A DNA stretch of 64,000 bases, taken from Macrostomum lignano (Eukaryota). Made by a program: the position numbers and the translations under genes. The stretch lies in assembly GCA_002269645.1 (NCBI GenBank), contig NIVC01000337.1:743207-807206 (forward strand), in the 5' to 3' direction. Shown piece after piece: positions 1 to 10,200 of this stretch; position 1 is the first letter of the stretch, and every line of letters starts with the position of its first letter. Under the pieces are notes generated by a model, which did no database searches, had not been told where the DNA came from, and saw only the letters and a list, made by a program, of their open reading frames with translations.

Positions 1-46
1 AAAAAACGAGTCATTTTATGTTAGATTCGCGGCTCTCCAGTGACAG

Positions 47-2369
47 CTAGACGTCCGCCGCCTTGGACTGCCTGGCGTGGCACAGACGCAGCACGGCGTA
101 GACAATGCCGATGGCCACACCGATAGCGAACAGGCAGCCAATAACAATGGCCCAGGCCCAAGCGCCCGACGAGAAAATGGAGAACTTCGGCACCTTGTAG
201 AATTCGGCCGCACCGCCGGCCGGCATAAAGCAGGCGTAGCTTCGCTTAGCGCTGCACTTGTCCATGACGATGAACCTAAACAGGTACAGTATGTTCGTGA
301 TGAAGAAGGCGCAGCGCTCCTCTAGCTGGCAGTTGCGATTGTTGCCAAGGCGGGAGCTCTGACAGCCAATCAGATCGGGCCTGGCGATGGTTAAGAAATA
401 ATTATTCAAGCCTTCTTGCAGCAGCAGCAGGGAGGGGGCTTTTTTGAGTCTGATTTAGTTAGTGAGCTCAGTTACTTTTGCGTCACTCTTGAGTAGCTTC
501 AGTCATTATTGAGTAGACTCAATCCCTCTTGAGTAGCCTCAGTCACTCTTGAGTAGCTTTAGTCCCTCTTGAATGGCATCAGTTCATATTGAGTAGCCCC
601 AGTCACTCCTGAGTAACCTCAGTTAATCTTGATTAGCTTTAGTCACTCCTTAGTAGCCTCAGTCACTCCTGAGTAGCCTCAGTCACTCTTGAGTAGCCTC
701 AGTCACTCCTGAGTAGCCTCAGTCACTCCTGAGTAGCCTCAGTCACTCTTGAGTAGCCTCAGTCACTCCTGAGTAGCCTCAGTCACTCCTGAGTAGCCTC
801 AGTCACTCTTGAGTAGCCTCAGTCACTCCTGAGTAGCCTCAGTCACTCCTGAGTAGCCTCAGTCACTCTTGAGTAGCCTCAGTCACTCCTGAGTAGCCTC
901 AGTCACTCCTGAGTAGCCTCAGTCACTCCTGAGTAGCCTCAGTCACTCCTGAGTAGCCTCAGTCACTCCTGAGTAGCCTCAGTCACTCCTGAGTAGCCTC
1001 AGTCACTCCTGAGTAGCCTCAGTCACTCCTGAGTAGCCTCAGTCACTCTTGAGTAGCCTCAGTCACTCTTGAGTAGCCTCAGTCACTCTTGAGTAGCCTC
1101 AGTTACTCTTGAGTAGCCTCAGTCACTCTTGAGTAGCCTCAGTTACTCTTGAGTAGCCTCAGTCACTCTTGAGTCAACCCAAAGTCATTCTCATAGAGCT
1201 CACTCATAGAACTGCGAGCCATCTAGCCAATAATAATAGAACTGGCCAGCGCTGGTGTAGTCCGTCAGGCCAATCCAGTTGTCCTTGGTCAGCTGGCCAG
1301 GCAGCTGCCTGTACAGCTCGGTGATGGTCTCGATGCCGGGCAGGCCAGGCGGCAGATGCAGCAGGTTGGCCCGCATAGCAACGCAGGCGGTCTGCGAGTC
1401 ATCAAAGCTCAGAAGCGGGCCAGCCGAGCCGGCGTTGCCAAAGCAGTAGCCGCCGTAGGGCCGCCAGTCTGGCGGGCAGCCGCTGAACTGGCGCACCCGG
1501 AGGATGACGCCGACACCGGTGGTGGAAGAGGCGTCGGCAGCGGCGGCAGCGACAAAGGCGACAGTAACAGTTGGCCGCGAAGTGGTGAGGGCCATGTCGT
1601 GACCAGGCGGGGAGCCGCCCATGGGAACGGTGAGCAGGTTGTGCTGCTCCGACCAGACAGACAGATTAGCCGTCGGCATGGAGACGTTTAGTATCTGGGT
1701 AGGAAGCAAAGCCCGGGCGGGGAGAACACGAATTGGATACTTGCTACTCATAAGTAATAAGAAATGGGAAAACGCAAATAAAATACCAACATCTCTACTC
1801 CACCAAGAACTCCATTGTTGACAGATTTCTCAAATTTGACAATTAATACAAGTCTTAGTGGTTGGAGCGTTGGACTCGCGACTGAAAGGACTGGGGTTCG
1901 ATTCCCAACCCCAACTGGAACAATTTGTGTCCATGAGCAAGACGCTTGACTCTACATTGCTTCAATTCACCCAGCTGTAAAATGGGTGCCAGCATTAGCT
2001 GGGGTAATTGAGGGTGTGTGTGGCGACCCCCCCCCCCTAGTCCTGGGACTGAACAGCCGTACGCAGCCTTCAGGTGCACCGCACATTAATAACTGGGCAG
2101 AGGTCGCTACATGCACGACTCACCTGGACAAAGTAGAGCGCCCCGGGATTCTGTGACACCGCGTGAAACGAGCACCTGTCACCTGGCCGATACCTGTCTG
2201 AGCCAGCCGGCCTGGTGTGCACATAGAAATCCGACTGCCTGATGTAATCCCGGCCGGGGGTGTCGCAGTAAAAGCTCGCCGGAGGTGGCGCCAGCGTCAG
2301 CTGAGGTTGCGCCGGCTGCAGCAGCGGCAGCAGCAACGCCGCCAGGCAAGTTAAAGATGCGGAGTTGGT
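47..2369 (-). CDS. CUB + C-type lectin-like + TM receptor, paralog A (5' ATG not present in the exon)
   Basis: Exons 2369-2124, 1694-1204, 380-47 with GT-AG junctions of matching phase (0, 2); 1071 nt. Signal-peptide-like TNSASLTCLAALLLPLL, CUB-like YCD...YRPGDRCSF, CTLD CPPDW..GYCF..AQ/C..WIGLTD..YYWLDG, TM WAWAIVIGCLFAIGVAIGIVYAVL, tail ending KAADV. Aligns by eye to the paralog at 3853-5911. Confidence 0.8.
470..1175. repeat. Intronic minisatellite, 20-bp unit GAGTAGCCTCAGTCACTC(C/T)T
   Basis: About 35 tandem copies, degenerate at the left edge; fills intron 1203-381. Confidence 0.97.
1853..2079 (+). mobile_element. tRNA-derived SINE with CORE-like central domain, copy 1
   Basis: A-box-like TAGTGGTTGGAGCG, B-box GGTTCGATTCC, then TGTGTCC..GCAAGAC..CCCAGCTGTAAAATGGG. 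A second copy lies inverted at 23783-23999 and a decayed third at 40380-40483. Confidence 0.8.
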
Positions 2370-2395
2370 CTGAAGCAATTATTTAGATTATTGTA
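2370..2395 (-). promoter_or_regulatory. 3' splice acceptor (candidate trans-splice site) of paralog A
   Basis: Minus strand AATAATCTAAATAATTGCTTCAG|ACC, with an in-frame TAA just upstream and no ATG in the following exon. Confidence 0.55.
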
Positions 2396-2402
2396 GCACT
2401 GA

Positions 2403-2910
2403 GCGTACATTGGGGTTGAGGCTGGTGGGAACCGAGTGTACATTGGGGTTGAGGCTGGTGGGAACCGAGTGTACATTGGGGTTGAGGCTGGTGGGAACTG
2501 AGTGTACATTGGGGTTGAGGCTGGTGGGAACCGAGTGTACATTGGGGTTGAGGCTGGTGGGAACCGAGTGTACATTGGGGTTGAGGCTGGTGGGAACCGA
2601 GTGTACATTGGGGTTGAGGCTGGTGGGAACCGAGTGTACATTGGGGTTGAGGCTGGTGGGAACCGAGTGTACATTGGGGTTGAGGCTGGTGGGAACCGAG
2701 TGTACATTGGGGTTGAGGCTGGTGGGAACCGAGTGTACATTGGGGTTGAGGCTGGTGGGAACCGAGTGTACATTGGGGTTGAGGCTGATGGGAACCGAGT
2801 GTACATTGGGGTTGAGGCTGGTGGGAACCGAGTGTACATTGGGGTTGAGGCTGATGGGAACCGAGTGTACATTGGGGTTGAGGCTGGCGGGAACCGAGTG
2901 TACATTTGGC
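2403..2910. repeat. Minisatellite, 33-bp unit GTGTACATTGGGGTTGAGGCTGGTGGGAACCGA
   Basis: About 15 near-identical copies. Confidence 0.97.
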
Positions 2911-3227
2911 TGAAACGAGTATATTATGCTAAACTTTAGGGCCAGGTCGAGAGACGAATACAGGAACACATTTTGGGGAATTCAGAGTTTTTATTTCATT
3001 TCTGCTCGTCAAAGAACTCATTTCGAGATAAACAGTTATAAAAAGCGCGGGGTGGAAGTTTATAGCTAAAAAATTGGAATGCAGGCACAAAATCAAAAAT
3101 CGGCACTCTTAAAATTGATCACAGAAAATAAAACAGATAAATAACAAGTAAGCACTGATTCTGAAATAAAAAACAATGTAGCACTTAATTATATAATAAT
3201 ACTATAACAACTGCGATAAGTGGTTGG

Positions 3228-3650
3228 GTGGGGTCAGTCGAGTGTACATTGGGGTGAGTGGGGTCGAGAGAGTGTACATTGGGGTGAGTGGGGTCAGTCG
3301 AGTGTACATTGGGGTGAGTGGGGTCAGGAGAGTGTACATTGGGGTGAGTGGGGTCAGTCGAGTGTACATTGGGGTGAGTGGGGTCAGTCGAGTGTACATT
3401 GGGGTGAGTGGGGGCAGGAGAGTGTACATTGGGGTGAGTGGGGTCAGGAGAGTGTACATTGGGGTGAGTGGGGTCAGTCGAGTGTACATTGGGGTGAGTG
3501 GGGGCAGGAGAGTGTACATTGGGGTGAGTGGGGGCAGGAGAGTGTACATTGGGGTGAGTGGGGTCAGGAGAGTGTACATTGGGGTGAGTGGGGTCAGGAG
3601 AGTGTACATTGGGGTAAGGTCAAACGAGTGTACATTGGGGTGAGTTGGTG
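3228..3650. repeat. Minisatellite, 30-bp unit GTGTACATTGGGGTGAGTGGGGTCAG(TC/GA)GA
   Basis: About 14 copies; shares GTGTACATTGGGGT with the 33-bp array. Confidence 0.97.
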
Positions 3651-3852
3651 ATCTCATCAGTAAGTGTAAATAGGGTAAATGAGGTACTGAATAAGTTTCT
3701 CACTTAGAGAGAAAATGATTGGAATGCTAAAATAACGAACGAAAGACCACGCCAGCATTGAAAATGACCCCAATGATAAGCTAAACATTAGTAGACGCAA
3801 CAGCTTTTATAATTGTACAGAATTTCACAGATTTTATTACAGCTCTAATAAT

Positions 3853-4552
3853 CTAAACATCGGCACTGGCACTGGTAAAATTGCCAGGCGTGTAAGGCGG
3901 CGGCGGCAGCTGGTGCAGAGGCGGGAGGGCAGCAGACTGGTTATTCGCCTCTGGTGTGTAAGGAGGCGGCGGCGGCGGCTGCAGCCTGGGCTGGGCTGCT
4001 CTCAGCTGATACAATTGACGAGTCTGAGCATTGGGCGGCTTCACACCGGCGCAGTAGCGCACAGCCAGGCAGATGGCGGCGGTCAGCAGGCCGACAACCA
4101 GACAGGCGGACAGCACAGCAATCCACAGCCACATGACGGTTGGAGTGGCCTCGCCGCTGAAGCTGGTAGCGTTCGGCAGGGCGCCGGTCGGGACCCGGTC
4201 GAACCGGTCCGTGCCGCCGATCGGCATGGCGCACACGAACGGCCGGGCGGCTGAGCAGGCCGACATGAGCAGCGGGCGGCTGCTGCTGCTGCTGGACCAG
4301 GACATCAGGCCGCAGCGCTCCGAAGCCCGGCAGTCCCGATAAGCTGAGCTGCCGGATGAGCAGCCGATTTCTGAGTGCCTGAATTGTTTGAGTTAGCGGG
4401 GGCGAATTCGCTCTTGGAATATTTGCTAACAGGATTGTTAGATGCTCTTATCTTTTGCTTGCCTGCCTTAGTTTCCGCTTGAGGTAGGGTAGATCTTAAT
4501 GTTTTCCTGTCTACGCCTATCTTAGTAGTGTCTTAGTGTTTTGGGTCAGTCC

Positions 4553-4604
<52 letters not shown>

Positions 4605-4815
4605 TAGTGTCTTAGTGTTTCAGTGTCTGTCTGTCTGTCTGTCTGTCTGTCCTAGTGTCTGTGTGTTTCAGTGTCTGTCTGTCTGTCTGTCTTAGTGTCT
4701 TAGTGTTTCAGTGTCTGTCTGTCTGTCTGTCTGTCTTAGTGTCTGTGTGTTTCAGTGTCTGTCTGTCTGTCTGTCTTAGTGTTTCAGTGTCTGTCTGTCG
4801 GTCTTAGTGTTTGTT

Positions 4816-4866
<51 letters not shown>

Positions 4867-4885
4867 GTATCTGTCTGTCTGTGTA

Positions 4886-4940
<55 letters not shown>

Positions 4941-4943
4941 GTC

Positions 4944-4977
<34 letters not shown>

Positions 4978-5031
4978 GGTCTGTCTGACCGCTTTAGTGT
5001 CTGTCTGTACTACAGTCTCGCCACCACTCAC

Positions 5032-5102
<71 letters not shown>

Positions 5103-5911
5103 GTCTGTCTGTCTGTCTGTCTGTCTGTCGGTCTGTCTGACCGCTTTAGTGTCTGTCTGTACTACAGTCTCGCCACCACTCACTCTCCGAAGCGGCCCTT
5201 GTCCAGCCAGTAGTAGGCGAAGCGGCCCCAGTCGGTGGCATCCGTCAAGCCAATCCAGGCCTTGGAGACGCCCAGGCCGCGGCTCCAGCCGGCCAGCCGC
5301 TGTCGCACATTCTCAATGCCAGCCCCGGCCTGCACGCCGTAGGCCAGCGTCAGCAGGTTGGACCGCATAGAGTTGCAGGCCAACTGGGCGTTGGCAAAGG
5401 ACAGCCGCGCTGGCAGCTCGCCGTCAGCAGTGGTGCCGTAGCAAGCGTTGGACAGCTCCACCCAGCCGGGCGGGCAGTGCAGGAACGATCGGACCAGGAC
5501 GGTCAGGCCGGGCTTGGCCAGTGCACTGGCTGACACGGACAGCCGCAGACTGAGCTGTCCAGCAGGTGTCACCAAGCTGGTGGCGTGAGTTGGCAGCAGC
5601 GGCGACGCGTTTAGCAGCTGGCGGGAGCCGGAGGCCAGGCTGAGGCTGGCTCCGACATCGAGACCGCCGTTGGAGTCGTCCAGGCGAACGAACAGCAGGC
5701 TGCCCGGCAGCGAGCGGACCCGGAATTCGCAGTGCGAGCCGGGTCGGTAGGAATGCGCGGACTGGTTGTGGGTCACCAGCTGCACGGCCGGACCGGCCAG
5801 GATGTTCAAGCGGTTGGCGCTGTCGCAGTAGAAGGTGCCGCTGCCGGTCGGAGGGGAGCCGCTGACCACCGCAAGCAGCGTCAGCGCCAGTAAGCAGCAA
5901 TGCGGCGGCAT
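3853..5911 (-). CDS. CUB + C-type lectin-like + TM receptor, paralog B, with PPxY tail
   Basis: Exons 5911-5184 and 4378-3853 (phase 2, GA|GTGAGT ... TTCAG|G); 417 aa. Signal peptide [25 protein letters not shown] ([30 protein letters not shown]), [26 protein letters not shown], two PPPY motifs, ends SASADV. Confidence 0.85.
4550..5165. repeat. (GTCT)n microsatellite in the intron of paralog B
   Basis: Interrupted tetranucleotide array. Confidence 0.97.
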
Positions 5912-6021
5912 GCTCTTAGGAGAGGCAATGAATAAATGACTGCTGAAGCCCATGAATAGTCGAGTCAGTGATTGTGAAAATATTCTGCTAAACTAATGCT
6001 ACCAGTGCATTGCTAATGGAT

Positions 6022-6029
6022 AGACGGTT

Positions 6030-6086
<57 letters not shown>

Positions 6087-6143
6087 AAGACAGTCAGACA
6101 GAAAGACAGTCAGACAGACAGACAGACACACAGACAGACAGAA

Positions 6144-6186
<43 letters not shown>

Positions 6187-6195
6187 AAGACAGTC

Positions 6196-6226
<31 letters not shown>

Positions 6227-6262
6227 AAGACAGACAGACAGACAGACAGGACAGACAGACAG

Positions 6263-6294
<32 letters not shown>

Positions 6295-6329
6295 GGACAG
6301 ACAGACAGGACAGACAGACAGACAAACAG

Positions 6330-6361
<32 letters not shown>

Positions 6362-6372
6362 CACAGAAAGAC
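6022..6372. repeat. (GACA)n microsatellite
   Basis: Interrupted tetranucleotide array upstream of paralog B. Confidence 0.97.
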
Positions 6373-7285
6373 ATCTAATTGTCTGTGACTAAAAAGATTT
6401 GTAACTGACAAAACCTCTTAAATATGCTTCAAGTACCTACAGTAATAGCAAAGAAGAAAATCACCATTTGCAATAAGAAGGATTTGTTTTAGTGTTATGT
6501 TTATTTGTCTTACATTTTTTTCTGACAATAAATAGAGAAAACAAGTTTTTGACGCTGAAAAATTATTAGAAACTCAAGCGCAATTCATCAATTACTACTT
6601 ACTCAAGTAGTTTAGTTTTTTTTTTTTAAGTTAGTGAGACACCAGCAAAGCTGCAGTCGGGGCACACATTTTTGGTTCCTTAAGCTTGCAGTGCTTTGTC
6701 ATAGCGATAAGCTTTTGATAAACATATGAAACCGCTATAGCATATCACAGCAGTAGTATATGTAGGGTCAGAAATTCAGAAATTGAATAGAATGAAAAAC
6801 AAGCAATGATAATAAAGAAATCGATAAGACACAGTCCGGAAGATGAAAAACAGAGCAAATTAACCGATTACAACTGTGTAGCAGTGAGCGCGGTGGTATT
6901 GGATATGATTTTTGGATATGATATAACAAGCAATTATATCCAATTTTCTGCTAAATTTATAATGATTTCGCTTAAATAAACATAAAATACTACTAAAAAG
7001 CAGAAATACCAGTAGCATAAGAAGCAATAAATATTTAGTTTTTTAAAGTTTACTCACAATTATTTAAAAACTTAAAAAATCCTAATAAGTAAATGTAACA
7101 ACAGGCCAAAGATGGAATGTTTCAGTTATTGAAAAAAAACAATAAAACAATTATTAAAAAGATCACACACAAAAAAAGCTTATAAAGCCTCAGGCACAGC
7201 CAGAAAAAAAGCGATTAATAAGTGTAATTTAAAAAGTTCCCCGACAGAGTAACTGGGGGACTTCAGCTTCAGCAGACGGCAGCCC

Positions 7286-10200
7286 CTACACGTCCATCTG
7301 TTCGGTGAGCGACTGCAGATTGTAGCGGCTGTTGTGCAAGGAGCCGGAGTGATGAGGCGATGGGGCACCGCTCTGATTTCCGTCTGCAAAAGTTAAAAAA
7401 CGAGGATGAACTTTCTTGGAATATGGGGAGGGGGCATTTAATGACAGAATAGGTGTGCTCAGTGTGCTCAACTGAAAGCGTTTGTATATATGATAAATAT
7501 GATATGATAAATAAAGAAGTTAAGAAATTACCTGACGATAAAAAACAACACACAGTGGAGTTTTTTATATAAAAAACAAGCCTGGTTTTTATTAAGTAAG
7601 ACAAAAACCCCAATTATTCTTAAATAGAAACAAAGACTTATATAGATTTATACTAATTTAAAACAAAGAGCAAGATTTCTATTTGCAGAAAGAAAGAAGA
7701 ACCAGATTTCTATAATTATAAACAAAGAGCAAGATGTCTATTTTTAGAAACAAAGAAGAACCAGATTTCTATAATTAGAAACAAAGAGCAAGATGTCTAT
7801 TTTTAGAAACAAAGAAGAACCAGATTTCTATAATTAGAAACAAAGAGCAAGATGTCTATTTTTAGAAACAAAGAAAAGCCAGATTTCTATAATTAGAAAC
7901 AAAGAGCAAGATGTCTATTTTTAGAAACAAAGAAAAACTACATTTCTATAATTAGAAACAAAGAGCTAGATTTTTATTTTTAGAAACAAAGAAGAACCAG
8001 ATTTCTATAATTAGAAACAAAGAGCAAGATGTCTATTTTTAGAAACAAAGAAAAACTAGATTTCTATAATTAGAAACAAAGAGCTAGATTTCTATTTTTA
8101 GAAACAAAGAAGAACCAGATTTCTATAATTAGAAACAAAGAGCTATATTTCTATTTTTAGAAACAAAGAACCAGATTTCTATAATTAGAAACAAAGAGCT
8201 AGATTTCTATTTTTAGAAACAAAGAATCAGATTTCTATAATTAGAAACAAAGAGCTAGATATCTAACAATAGAAACAAACGGTTTGAGTACTACAGAATC
8301 AAAGCACATTTATATTCATACATTTATACAGATAAAGAACAGAACTTCTTAAATAGATAGAAACGCACTAAGCTAGGACCATAAGAAACTAAGACAGGTG
8401 CAGAGTTCTGTGTCAGTCTAGCCCTGTGATCTACAATCTATCATGACTTATGCACCGAAAATGGGGTGGTTTGTCGCCAAATTAGGCTAGTCGGATTTCG
8501 CAACTTGATGGTCAATTTTTGTTCACACCAACGCGTCGCGACCTTATCAGAGGTTGGTCATTGACGGCAAAGGTCATAATATAAAAAATAAAGCGCGTTC
8601 AAGCCATTCAACGAGTCAACGCTGATGACATTGGAATGAGAGACATACAAAGGTTTGTGAGATATTAAATAAACTAAAAATACTACTCATAGTTTGCGAG
8701 CCGTGTTAGTCAACACAATACAGTTATACGCAAATAGCACAAAAATGCACAGCTGCAGTACTCATTAGTCAGGGGTTCAGTCTCCCTCTCGACTGTCGGC
8801 CGTTGCCTTGAATATTGAAGCCAAATAATTTCATTCATTTCAATAAGCTGTCTGAATTAATTAGCCATAGCAAAGGAGATATTTGTTAATAAGCATTCAA
8901 GTGGTATGATATACATAGTCATATAGCTGTTATGGTATTCATTAAATATAAATATGCGAATAAAGCAAAGCCATCCAGTCAGAGCACTAAAAATTAGTAA
9001 ATAAGCGTACTACTAAAAGTAGTTTACTTGTGAATTGTCTAAACATGATAACACATGGCTAAGTAGATAAAATTACTAAACATGCAAACTGCTGTAGCAC
9101 TATGGTTTGATACATGATCTTCATTTCCTTATATCGAGCTACAGTTTCGACCATAGACAAAAATACAATTCGAAAAGGCGTCATAAGATTCTACAGTAGA
9201 TTTTAGAGTGAGCCATTTTGTCTATGGTTGAAAGCCAAACTGCCCGACTGAGGCGAAACCGGGTTCATTTCTTTCCACCAGTTTGGCATTCTCTCAATAG
9301 GCCAAGGATAAATCTTTCTAGCTTGCCAAACAGAAGAAAAAACTGCAACAATATTCTCTACATACTACTTCTGGAGAAATAGAAGATTTTCAATAAAAGA
9401 GATTTCCGACTAACCCTGCTGCTGGTAGGAGCGCGGCCCGTCCATGCTGTGCGCGTCGAACTGGCGGCTGATGCTCACGCTGCCAGCGCCGCCAGCGTCG
9501 TTCCAGGTGTAGGCGGGCGGCTCGCCGGGCTGGTCGCGGGCCAGCGAGTGGGCCAGCTCGGACTGCAGCCTGGCCCTGTAGTCGGCCGGCTTGTCGGCAG
9601 CCATCTGGTACAGAATAGCGGCGGCGTAGGTTGCCACGGCGTCGTTGCGCGAGTGCAGCAGCTGAGTGAGCCGGGCGGCGGCGCCTTCGCCTTCGAGTTG
9701 CTGGGCGGCGCGCGGATCGGCGGTCACCTCGGCCAGCAGGCCGGCAACGCAGCGCTGGATGTGCTCCTGGTTAGAGTGCAGAGCCTGGGCTAGCAGCGGC
9801 ATCACAGGGGGCCGTAGGCCTAGCAGGGCCTCACGTGACAGGTGCTCACGGCACAGGGCCTGCAGGCAGGCCAGCGCGGCCTCGGTCACCTCCTCGGAGG
9901 CAACGCCGTCAAGCACGTCGCCAGAGATGAGACTGCCGCCTGGCGAGCCGGGAGCGCTGAGCTGCTGCAGGGCATCTACGGCGGCTTCAACAAGGCCCTG
10001 CTCGCGCAGCGGGGCGCAGTTCTCGTCAAATAGGGCCAGGTTGCGGCAGAGGCCGAGAGCAGCTTTGACCAGCGGCCGGCGCGACTGGACCTCCGTCAGC
10101 AGCTTCAGCAGCACCGTGACGCCGTAGTGGTAGCGGACCGCTTCGGCGGCGGCGTGGGCCTGGCGGATGTGGGGGACGAGATCGGGTGACAGTCGGGTGT

